The notes under the pieces: model-generated | Seen by the model: the letters and a program-made list of their open reading frames with translations, nothing else | Databases searched by the model: none | What the model was told of the DNA's origin: nothing | Part shown: positions 43,901 through 55,900 of the stretch, piece after piece | Layout of the letters: every line of letters begins with the position of its first letter | How positions within the stretch are numbered: the first letter of the stretch is position 1 | Made by a program: the position numbers and the translations under genes | Assembly: GCA_002633005.1 (NCBI GenBank) | Contig: NMRA01000900.1 | Location: forward strand, 41,496 to 105,495 | Source: Phoronis australis | Lineage: Eukaryota; Animalia; Phoronida | Reading direction: 5' to 3' | Length of the DNA stretch: 64,000 nt

Positions 43901-46900
43901 GGCGGGAACTCTGACTATGACAATGGGGCGAGGTTCAATCAGAGGAACTATTGTTACTGTTTTGCCCTATCGTCATCTACGCCAAGTCAACATTTGACAG
44001 CATACAGGACCATACACCCATTTTGTCATTGTTGAGCCAACTCGGCAAACTAATAGCAACCTATGTAATTGGAGTCATGCTTTTGTTTTAACTCTAGGCA
44101 TTAAAATACATACTTAAATTTGTTCCATATCTGTTCCTGGTAAGAACTTATTTTGTGAATATACCACCTTTAGCGCTACCGTCAGATCGGAAATTTCCAT
44201 TGTTTTATAGGTAAACTAAAATTGCTAAGATTGCTGTCAACTTTAATCGTTACTTTTAAAATCATGCTTTTAAACAGGTTGTAATGTGCCCAACTACTTG
44301 CCATATCCTGATGGTTTGACTGTTATCTCCTCGGTACACGTGGCACGCATGACTGTGGGATGCCATTCAGTGAGATAACACGCGCTTGTGTTACACAGAG
44401 TAATGCGTCAGATGGCTTGTGAAAAGCTTATTTTCTAATACTGTATTATTTTCAGACATTGACGAGTGTATCATGAACCTGAATGACTGTCACGACAACG
44501 CCACGTGCAACAACGCCGAAGGGGGTTACTCGTGTGCTTGCAATAGCAACTTTTTGGGGAACGGCACATTCTGCGAAGGTATATATGATGCCGGAAGACA
44601 ATCACAAAAACGATTACAAAATCAGTACCTGGAAATAGTTTTGTTGGAATTAATGTTTTTTTTTCTTTAGCCAAGGAATCTCAAAACGACTTTTGCAGTG
44701 CAAAGATTTAAAGTGTCACCATTTGCTTTAAATTCAGCGAAAATTTCTCAAACTTGATTCGCCCCGACATATGGTTGATATTTAACATAGCGTTTTCTTA
44801 ATGTTTTCTTCGGGAAAATTGTGTTTAATTTGAGCTAAGACTACTTGATCTTTTTAATACCCAAGGGAATAGACAGGGTCGGCTGTGGAGACTCTGACTG
44901 ATTTATATGCTTAACCAAGTGTAGTAATTCTCCTAACTCGTGTGCCTTTGAAAAGAAAATTATTACTACTCATAGAATATGTAAACATTTTTAGTAAACA
45001 TTTTTTGGTATTCATATTTTGCAATTCTGTTTTCGCTAATGTTGGGATGCTGTCTACTTTGCATAGTGTCAAGTACCACTAATAAAAATCTTTGAATTTA
45101 CGAGGCTGCGCTTGGTGTTCTTCTATTGGTTTCTGTAACTCAATGTTTCTACAACGTGAATTTGATCATACAGGCATCATGAATATTTATATAGATAAAC
45201 ACGCTCCTCACACGCCATTCACTAAGTTTATAATAACCTCTTTTCAGCTGATATCTGTCCAGAACCTATCACGTTGCCAAGCAACGCTGTGGTCTCTAGC
45301 AGAGCACCTCCTTACGGAGTAGGCGAGCCGGTCATCCTCGCCTGTGTCAACGGATACACGCCGTCCGGAAATGATGCCATCACCTGTCAAGATGATGGCA
45401 CGTGGTCGACGGCGGGCTTAGTTTGCAATGGTGAGGGAGTTCAATATTCCAGTTCATTTTTTAATTTACTTATTATTGTGCACCGAGAATGTAATAGTTC
45501 ACTGTTTACAATTCATTTTGCAGGAATTCTTCAAACACATACATGTACTGTTGCAGACAGACGTATGATCTAATTCCGGCTGCGTTCCATTTACGGTTTT
45601 GTGAGGTCTGACTGAGGAGCCTGCGCCTATCAAATGTAATCAAAGCCACTGAATTCATTACTCGTTATGTGAATAGTTTTGAAAGTAGACAGTTTACACT
45701 AGACTTTTTAACTCACGTCGCTATGTCATGAATTGGGTCTCGTGACTACATTTTGGTAAATTTTATGAAAAAAGAAAGCAAACTCATAGCAAATCAGCGA
45801 TACCGATGTCTTGGCAAAATATCCCTTGATTTAATGCTGAAGACAAGATCTCAGAAATGACTTCAAAGATTTTGTAAGCGATCCTATTGTTTTCTATATG
45901 TCCTACTTCTCCATTGTATATTGCTCCTCTTAAAAATCGTATTCGAAAATATCCTAACAAGGTACTGGAGAGTAGTGGATAAAGCATTCCAAAAATTTAA
46001 TAGGAATACAATCCGTCGTTTCTGAGACAAATTACAAACTGGACCTTTTACAGACACGGATGAGTGCGCGGATAACATTCACGACTGTCACAGCCATGCC
46101 ACGTGCCACAACCAGGAGGCGGGCTTCTCGTGCACGTGCAACATCGGTTACAGTGGGAACGGGACAACATGTCAAGGTGATTGTAGTTAAGGATATCTCA
46201 AACTTTATTTAGTGGCCTCTATTCTGGCTCTACAATCAAAATCTAAGCTTTGTCAACTAACAAAATTTTCTGTTTTCTGAAAGCAAAAAGTAATATAATT
46301 TATTGTAATCATGTAAACTTATTGTTATTATCTTTTTTGAGTCGAAATTTTATTTTTAAGAGAAGTACAATAATAGCAAAATAACATCATGGTCGATTTT
46401 AATGAAACCTCCTTGATCAGGATTTTCTGATTAGTCTTTTCGTTTGGTTTCTGTAACAAGTCACTAGCAAAAATGAGGTAAATGTGCCGACATACATGCA
46501 CAACATACATACATATACAGTGTATGCATACATACATACGTATATGGTGTGTGCATACATACATACATGCATACGTACATACTTATATACTGTACAATGT
46601 ATATTCGTATTTTTTCTAAGTGCAACTGTAGTTTCACGTATTCAATACAGATTTGTTGTCTTCCGTATTCGTTAGTTACCGCTGTTTTGAACGGCCACTC
46701 TTGTCCATGATCTATGATGGTCTATGGGCGCTTTTAGTTTGAACTGATCAGTTACCGCGGCTTTTGAGACATATTACGATCCACGCGTGCCGATATATGT
46801 GAGTTTGGGAAAACACCACGTCAACAATTTACAAGGACAACTGTGTATTTTAGTAAACAGATTTGTTCAATAATACCGTAGCTCTTCTTGTTTTGCAAAC

Positions 46901-49900
46901 TAGAAAACAAAAAAAATCTAGTTACACACTTTACGTCCATTAAGTCGGTCTCGTAATATACATAACTGTTCATGGTATGACGTACACGTACAGACGACAT
47001 CTTTCAATTTGCGACTTAAGATTTGGCTAGCTTACAAATCTCCGAAGCGTTTTCTTGATTCTCTGATGATTTCCTCACTCTGTTCGGTAAAAGAAATTTG
47101 ATTATTGCTTTTTTGTAAGGAATATCATGACAGAGATTGTCTGTGAGGAAATGGCACACTATGATATTCATAGTTAGCCTGTGACACATGGTTCAATATA
47201 GCTTAAAATAAAGTGCATCAACAAGGGTGTTCTAATAACATTCATTCTTAGGAAGCATCGTGTTTGCTCCATGAGTTATCTTGTGCATGTCTTGAATTGA
47301 TTAAACTAAGTTGACCCATTTCGCACACTCTGTCTGTTTCTACAGTGCGTTTAACTACATGCACGAATGGGTGTGTGAGTTGTCATTAAACTGACAAAGA
47401 GAAAGTTTTGTCATGTTTCAGATGTGGACGAATGTTCTAATGCCACCGATCCATGTCACGAATACGCCACCTGCACCAATACATTGGGCTCCTACAAGTG
47501 TTCATGCACGGCAGGCTATACAGGGAGTGGTTTCTTTTGTTCAGGTCAGTAGCCGCTTCTTTCTTTAGCCCCAAAAGAACATGTACATGTTTGTTAATGA
47601 CGTTCTGAGTAACTGAATCAACCGTTACTATATATTACCCCTTCAGGTCCCGAAGTCTACTCTCCGAAATTGAAATGAAATAGGAAATTGTTTTTGGCAG
47701 AAATACTTAACGTTAAGTGGCATTCAAGGCGCATTATCCTGTGCCGAGTACATTATTGTTTACGCAGACGTGTGTGCACTGTCTAAATTTTCACTTAGGA
47801 ACTATAAAATAATGTCAAAACGCGAGATATCGTGTCAGAACTTTAGGTTGATAACTTTAATTCTGTGGTCATCAAGAGGAAACTAATTAGACAGTCATAC
47901 ATGTAATGTTTAACGTACCCAGGAGCAGAGTAAGTACGACAAGTTTTGCGCTTACTTGAACAAGAACTGAACAGGTAAAAAGATAATTTTGATATCAAGT
48001 GCTACATGTACTAGGAATATTAGACTTCGGGTAATGACCGTACTTACTCACTAAAAACTAGACAGCCTTCAGTTGTTTTCGTACGTTAAATTATCTTAAG
48101 CTGTGTGTTGTGAGGAATGAGACCGCGCAAACTTAATTCACTGCCGGTATTTTTGATGCAGACATAAATGAATGCAGCGAAGGAACTGATAACTGTCATG
48201 GACACGCGACCTGTACAAATGTGGACGGAAGTTTCACCTGCGCATGTCATTCAGGGTTCACAGGAAACGGGACATACTGCATCGGTAAGTATCGTCAACG
48301 ATTAGCGACACAGTTTGCGTACTGGTGTTGTAGCTTTTTTTCTAAAATCACTGTAAAGGTTACGATCATTGCCTTTCTGCAGACCACGTCGTAAGAAATA
48401 GTCCAATCACAAACCTTCGCTTCGATTTTGGAGCTTACATGTAAGTAGTAAGATACTTTAGGTATTGAATTTCCTAAATAACCAAGAATGTTTTGAATTT
48501 CAATTTTATTCATGAATTATGTGTTCTACTGTGATAAAAGACATAGTGAAATAACTTAATCGGTGTTTTACTAATAATATAATACCCAGTTGTTCATTTT
48601 CTAAAAAATCTTCAATCTTCACAAGGGTGCAGGTATTTCCAAAAACGGGGTTTTGGCCTTGAGATTTCTATTATTATGTTACTTCATTATTTTGGCTACG
48701 ACAGTAAGTTAAATAAAATAAGGTTTGATAGCGTTTATTGACGAACAAGTCGAATCTACAGAAACCGGAAAACGAGACGGGATCTGGGGAAAAACCTTAA
48801 TGAACACAATGGCGTAATCACTTTCCTCTCTTCTGGGTACAATGGAAGCTGGACAACAATACACGACTTAAAGTAGGCCTATGGAGTACAGTAGCTCGAA
48901 CAACGTTTCAACCATAATAACAGTTAAACAACAACGCAATAAACACTTATAACTAAGCATAGTCTCTGTCTAGCATGTCTCCGTCTTATCTGCCACGGAA
49001 ACAGAACTTAAGGAATGAGTACACGGTCCACTGGCGCTACTCCATAATTTAATCACTATCGTGCCATGCGGGGGGTTTGCGGTTGCGATGAGAGCTCCGT
49101 AATGTGGTGGCATCCTGTGAAACGGCGTCGGAGCTAAGGACATCTTTCTCATCCGAAAGCTGAGGGATATCAGCCCCTGGATCGACTGCTCCGGTATCTA
49201 GGGTTGGTTCAGGTAGAGGAGGAGTAGTGATCACCTCCGGCAATGGAGGGGCTATGAGCGGTACCTCGGGCAGGCAATCCCCCGGGGGATCATGCACATG
49301 AAGATCGTAGGGGTCGTGGCTAGTAGGGCTAGGCATTAGGTCATCGTCGTCACAGGCATCAAGCTGAGCTGAGGCAAACAACTTAGGATTTGAAGTCGTG
49401 GAAGACACAGGGATGCAGTCTGATACACGTACAGTGTAAGTTTTACTGCGGAACTGGGAGCGAGTGAACTTACGCAGCTCACACCATTAGTCAGACACAA
49501 TTGTGACGAGGTACTTCTCGCGGGCCTTTGTCTTGTCACGATCAGCCTTTAGGATTGCCAGCTGACCAACAAAGAGTCGTGCAGGGTTATGAGCACGACC
49601 AAGGGACTTTGACCAGGCACTAGGGAAATGGTTGTCAATACGGCATTGCTGTTGACGGAGGATCACTTCCCTGTCGGCAATGGGTAGTTGACAACCTGTG
49701 ACTTTATCCCGCTGTGTTCACAATTCACGAGAAGACAAACCATCGCGGCGGACCAGGGACTTCATATTGGACGTGTCATTGGCGAAAGTTGCAGAGGACT
49801 CTGGCCCGCCCTCTGGAGATCAACGCAAGAGTTCCATATGCCCAACTCACCAACTGCATGTTCAGCCACAGGATTCTTATTCACGTTATTAACTTGACCA

Positions 49901-52900
49901 ATGTCAAGGTGAATACCACGTGAAAGTAACATCTGGCCATTCTTTAAAGCAACGAATCCAGGAGCCGCGTCGACTCGAACAGTTATTCCGTTTTCAGTAA
50001 GAGGGCATAATGCAGAACAAAGAATAACTAGAATGTTTCTAAGTTCATCATGAGTCTCATTTTGGATTAGGCAGGTTAACGTGTATGAAGTGACAGGCTC
50101 CCTAATAACAAAGATGAACTGCCGATGACGTCGCATAGTTCCAGCCGAGAATGACGAGCCGACAACGTCGGAGGGTAAGGGAAAGCAGACTGGGGTTGGA
50201 AATAGGCAGCTATGGTTATGACAGACTGGCAGATATGACAGGCAGAAGTGACAGCGTCAATGACCTTATCGATGTTAAGTAGAAAGAAGTAGCGAGTAAA
50301 GATACGCTTCGTTTGGTACTTGAATGGATGGCCAAAGCGTATGTGAATGGCTGTGAGTAATCCATTCAGGACGTGGCGTGGCACAACGATATGTTCACGT
50401 TGGGGTTGGAATGGCTCAGCTGACTTAACAGCTAAGACGCCGTCGTTGGCGATTGAGACCATATTGAGATAACACCTGACAACTTTGATTTTGCTTTGCT
50501 TACGCGAAGGACGAGTACTCTTAGACAGGTGGGCATGACTTTGGCGAAGGTCTGTGCATTTCTGTTGGGTCAACAGCCAAGCTGCGCCGCTTGTGAAGGG
50601 CATACGCGTGGCGCTCTGAAGAACATCATCAACCGACAAGCTTTGAGCGACTGAATCTTCCAGTTCGGCAATGAACTTACATACCTGACAAGAGGAGTCT
50701 TGGTAGGATGTTGGGTTTCTGCTGGAGAAGTCGGAGGGGAGGTTTGCTTCACCGGCAATATGAGGTAAAGAAACGCCATAAAGGCTCAATGTAGATAGAA
50801 ACGTCGATACTCGAGCGCTAGTTTAGAACTCGCCTCGCATAAGTTTTCCGTAGGCCTGAACGCATGGACAACTGTCTGTCAGGACGTGGGTGGGATTAGA
50901 GGCCTGGATGATATATGACGGACTGCTGCACCAATATACAGAGTATCAAATTCGCAGTGTTTGATGTTTAGGCAGCTTCGCATTAAAGAAGCCAGCGAGG
51001 AGAAGTTCCCCCCCCCTGCGGAGGTACAGGGTGGCACCCAGGTAACGATTCTTCACAGAACTGTCACTCACAACGAGCAGATGATCATCAGGCATGAATA
51101 TCACCTTTGTGTCTTTGAGAGCAGACTGGGACCTCTTAAAGAATTCCGTGAGATCGTTGGACCAGGAGATGCGTTCACAAAACTCGGGTCGAGCCACGAC
51201 AGCTTCAAGCGGGTCGAGAAGAGAGGCATAGCCAGGGAGAACACGACTTAGCATCTTAAAAGTCCCGATATAAGATCGGAGACCGAACACAGTTGTGGGA
51301 GGCTCAACTGAGGAGAGAGCTGAGACCTTATGGTCACTGGCCCGTAAAGAACCCTGGACCATTTCCAACCAAGGACGGTGTTCGACTTAGAGAAGATGAC
51401 GGTTTTCTTGGCGGACAGACGCAGGTTGTTTCGCCGAAGAGCCTGGAGGTATTGTCGCCAACGTTGGAGCACCTGGTCAGGTGAGCTTCCACCTACATAC
51501 AGATCATCTGCGATTTTGGTGACCCAACCTTGCTGAATAAGATCACCCAGAACTCTGGACATGAGCTCCTCATGACAAGTCTCTGATCCCGGCATCCCCA
51601 TTGCAGATCGAGTGTAAACGCAAATGCCTATAAATGGCGTAGCAACACCACAATATTTCATTTACGAATGACTGAGAGGAATCTGGTAGAAGGACTGCAA
51701 TAGGTCAGATACTTTGAGTTCAATTTTCCGATGTCGCGTAGGACACTGTTGGGGCTTATAATAGCGGGCAACCTCTCCAAACGAGGTAACAAGCCGACTA
51801 CCGCCGCTTGGGATTTTGGTGAGGAATGAGATGTTAAGATATTCTACATGAACTTTCACCTGTTCTGGCCTGGCGAAAACACCAGCTGCCTTGAGCTCAT
51901 CAAATTGTGTCTGAAATTCAATAAGAGACTCGCGCTTGTATTGGGGAAGTCGGCCTTTCTGTTGAGGAGGGAGAGTAAGTCTAACATTCACAACAGCCTC
52001 TATCTTCCCATTGTACTTAGAAACGACAGGGTTGAATACATCATCGAATTCAGCGTATAGCGATTGGAAGGGGTTCCGCATGTCGCCAGGGATGAGTAAA
52101 TCAGGGTAAAGCTGGATGGAATCAAAAATGGTGGTCTAGTATGGGGGCCTGGAGGCGGGGTGCTAGTGGCGGATGTAGTAGAACCTGTTACACGGGCGGG
52201 TAGCGACTCTGAAAGTTATCGTACCTTGCAGATGTGTTCGCCAAGTTTAATTAGCATTGGTGAATAAGCATTGTTCTTTACACGTAGAGTCTGGGCGACT
52301 GCGGAGATTTCCTGTGGTCGTGGCCAAGCCATCTTAGGGTCGAGTGATTTATTGAGAGGGTTATCCAACCTAGATTCGAGCGCCCAAGTGGTATCTAGGG
52401 GGGATCAGCCGGTGTCGGTAGTTCGATGTACTGGCCGGGGAGAACGAGAGAACGCTTTAGGCAACGCAAGAGAAGAGACTGGGTAAGTCGTGCAGTGGGT
52501 AATATCTTCTTGGGAGTACTGACACCGTAGGGGACGGTATCAGAACCAGCAATTACGATCTGGGGGCGAACACCAATGTCATTGTAGGACATGAAGGGAT
52601 TTCCAGCTAAAACGTCAACATCAAGCTGGCGAACCACCAAAGCATCCAGACGAAAGTTGTGAGAGCCACGTGTAAGCCCGCAGTGGATCTCGCCAACAAC
52701 CTCAAGGGGGGTAATGCCGTCAGCCTGGCGGACCATCTGCGAAGCGGGGGAAATAGTCATGCAGTATAACGATACGGGAGACTCGTGCACCATTTGAGTA
52801 GTAGCACCAGTGTCTAGAGTGACTTGCATGGGATGATCCTCTAAGAAGGCTTTCAAGACAGGAGACTGCATAATAGTGACACGTCGACCTGATTGGATGT

Positions 52901-55900
52901 CAAGTGACACAAAGCCACAGCAGGCGTGGGCAGCTTCGGTGGACGGTTCGTCGTCAATATCAGCGTCATCGTCTTCAAAGTCCGTAACCCGGCGAGATCT
53001 GGTGATGCTACGCTTATCGCTGTCAGGTAGGAATCTGCAATCCTCAAGGTTGTGGGAAGACGATGATCGGCCGGCGGTCTTGCAGAGAATGCAAGAATAA
53101 AACTTTCTTCTGCGACCAGAGCCCGGTCTCTAATCTCTGTACTCGAAACAAACTCGAAACTATTTTTGGAAATTTCTCTGGTCCTTTTGTGCGAACTTAA
53201 GATAATTGGTTATCAGACTGTGCTCGAATACATTATAGTTTATGCATAGGAGGTTCTAGTTCAAGTTTGCCCTTGAAGACCCTTATATTCGTGCTACAAA
53301 CTCTAGTAAAAACTCGAAATTTCGAGTTCAAACTCGAACTTATTGCTTTAATATTGGATTTAAAAACTGTAAACTAAGGGCAATAAATTATCTACGAAAG
53401 TTTTAGTGTACTCGAGCATAGAATAATAGACACTTATCTTGAGTTTGCCCAAAAGTAGAGTAGAAAATGCCAAACCTAATTTCGAGTTCCATTTCGAGTA
53501 AAAAGATTGGAGGCCTGGCCCAGGAGGTACACCAGTGCGCATCACACGGGTGTCCTCGATAGTCCAGAGTTCTTCCGGGAGTGAAGTTAGTGCGAGAGAT
53601 ATTTCCGTTTTAATCGAAGCCAGTGTGTTGTTACGAAGCTCAGCTCCATACTTCTGCTTGACTAGAAGTGGCAAGCCCGGTTGAACAAGTCCAAGCCGTG
53701 TATACATACAATAACATTTTCCAGCGTCGGGGTCAAGTCCTCCTCATAATCCACGGCGGCTCTATGGTGGGCAAGGCCGCAGTCAGGTGAGAGGAGATTG
53801 TCTTCGAAGAAGGCTGCAGTCAAACGTTGGTAGAGGTCTTCGGGACGCTCGTCGGGTTGCAGGAGGATATTGCAAAGGTCTAAAAAATGAGCGCCGATTG
53901 AGGCAAAGCCAAAGTGATGTCTGATTTTTTGCCAGTTGTCAGCCAGAGACACCGAGTTTTTGACTATCGATTTCCGGGAGAGGACGGGGCAGTAGTTAGC
54001 CACTTGTCCGAGCATAACGGTCAGTCGCTAGGCAGCTTCGACGTCGGTGCCTTCATCGACGAGACCTCGCAACGGGTAGGCACTGGTTTTCTTGAACCAC
54101 TTAAAAGTCAAAAATGGCTCGAAGGTTTTGTATAGACTAAGAGTATAAAAGATTTTGCCTCCAGTTCTCATACGCGGTGATGGTCTCTGTTTTAGTTAGA
54201 GACCACTGTTCGGGGGGCGCGTAAGGCCATGTTGAATGAATGTTCCGGATCCAAAAATGTCAATTACTCACGTCATAGACTCAAAAATAACAAGTGTCCT
54301 TGGCTTGTTGTCACAAGACTACAGTTGCATTAGAGTCTCTTCGGGTGGGTAAAAGCAGCTTCCATCACGACAGTAAGTTAAATGAAACAAGGTTTGATAT
54401 CGCTTATTGACGAACAAGTCGAATCCACAGAAACCGAAAAACGAGACGGGATCCGGGGAAAAAACCTCAACGAACACAACGGCGCTATGAAAGTGTTTTT
54501 ATTTCACATTCATGTACTGCTAAAGTACCGTAGTACCGATGCTCAAAATAACAGAGACAGGAACCAGTTTGTTTATTTATTTTGTCTAAAGCAATTTGCG
54601 ACGTTTTATAGCGCAAATGGTACCCTTTCTGAAAATTGGGCAAAGCACAATACATTTTTAAAAAATGACACAGGCTTTCGAGCGCTCCTAATTTTTCTGA
54701 TTCACCAGCGTTTTTGGATTGTTTCTACATTTATTACTTTTTTATCACACCACAAATCAAAAGACTTGCTATTTAACTTCACTTCACTGGAGTGTCCTAT
54801 GGTGTTATTCACAGTTATTTCACATCCATGGGTACCAGTTGTTCTTCAATGTTTGTGAAGATGCTTCAAATCCAACACCAAACGTGTTTTTTGTCATCCT
54901 AATTCATCGGAGGTGTTGGTTGGGGTGTGTTACCAACTTAAAGGGGTGTCTGTAGTGAAAGTATGACTTATTGGCATCAGCGATATTGTCTGGGGTTGCA
55001 TACTGAGCAATCGGTATGTTCTCAAAGATGTACAAGTATCCAGTGCACATTAGTCAAGACACTGACTTATAAACTCTGTTTCTTGTAAACTGCAGCATCT
55101 GTCGCACTAAAGAACATAATACAGTCCCTTACCAGATCAAACTTCTTAAACATCCGGGAGCTAAACAGTGAAATTTCGCTTAGAACCAGTATCATTATTA
55201 CGTTGGTTTAGTGCCCGTCCCCTGATGACTACAATCCATGCGGTCTTTTAGGTTTGGCTTTATTTCGAAATTTGTTTACGTAATAGTAGTCTAATATACA
55301 AAGTGGTTTCAGATGTTTTAAGGGCATTGGATTCAGTAACTTATCAACGTGCACAGGACTGATATAACGTGTCAGAGTACATGCACTAATTTGTGTTGTT
55401 TGAATTTCATTTGAAATCAGACTACCGCAAAAAACAAGATTCGTCCTTGATAAGCGTTTGTGACAGCGACAGTTTTGACCTCAGTTTTGAGCCCGTGTCA
55501 ATTTCAGAGGTCACGTGCCTACCACCAGAATCCATCCCTTACGGCAACGTCGTGGGTAACATTGGAGCTAAATACAGTGTTGGAGATATTGTCAACTACG
55601 AGTGCTCGAGCTTTCACCATCACATATCGACGCCAGCATTTGCCAAATGCTTAAAAAGTGGCAACTGGTCAACTTTACCTTTTTGTATTCGTGAGTACCG
55701 TGTAGCTTGGAAATTTACGTGTACACGCCATCCAAGCAATCCAACTTCACTCAGTTATGCAGAGTCCCCTAAGGAGGACTAGAAATTCATTAATGTGTGT
55801 TTTGCATTGTTTGCGATACGCAACGTACATGTACTTGGAATCTGTTCAGTAGAGTTCTATCAAAATGGTATTAGAAATTCTTCAATTAAGAAATGAGAAC

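Larger units (their letters stand above)
48693..54490 (-). mobile_element. Decayed Ty3/Gypsy LTR retrotransposon, antisense in intron 27
   Basis: Two ~120-bp direct repeats (48698-48814 and 54367-54484). PPT AGAAGAGAGGAAAG on the minus strand at 48821-48834, and TGG next to the 5' LTR. Domain order is gag-PR(LDTGA)-RT-RNH-IN. Exact termini are ambiguous by a few nt. Confidence 0.93.

Noticed and set aside
49049-49408. Possible extra env-like or chromodomain ORF of the Gypsy element
   Set aside because: It is a Pro/Asp-rich tail ending [17 protein letters not shown], typical of Gypsy integrase C-termini. There is no signal peptide, TM segment or chromodomain.
54382-54858. 158-aa ORF starting in the 5' LTR
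   Set aside because: It crosses the LTR/intron boundary and has no domain signature, so it is a chance ORF.
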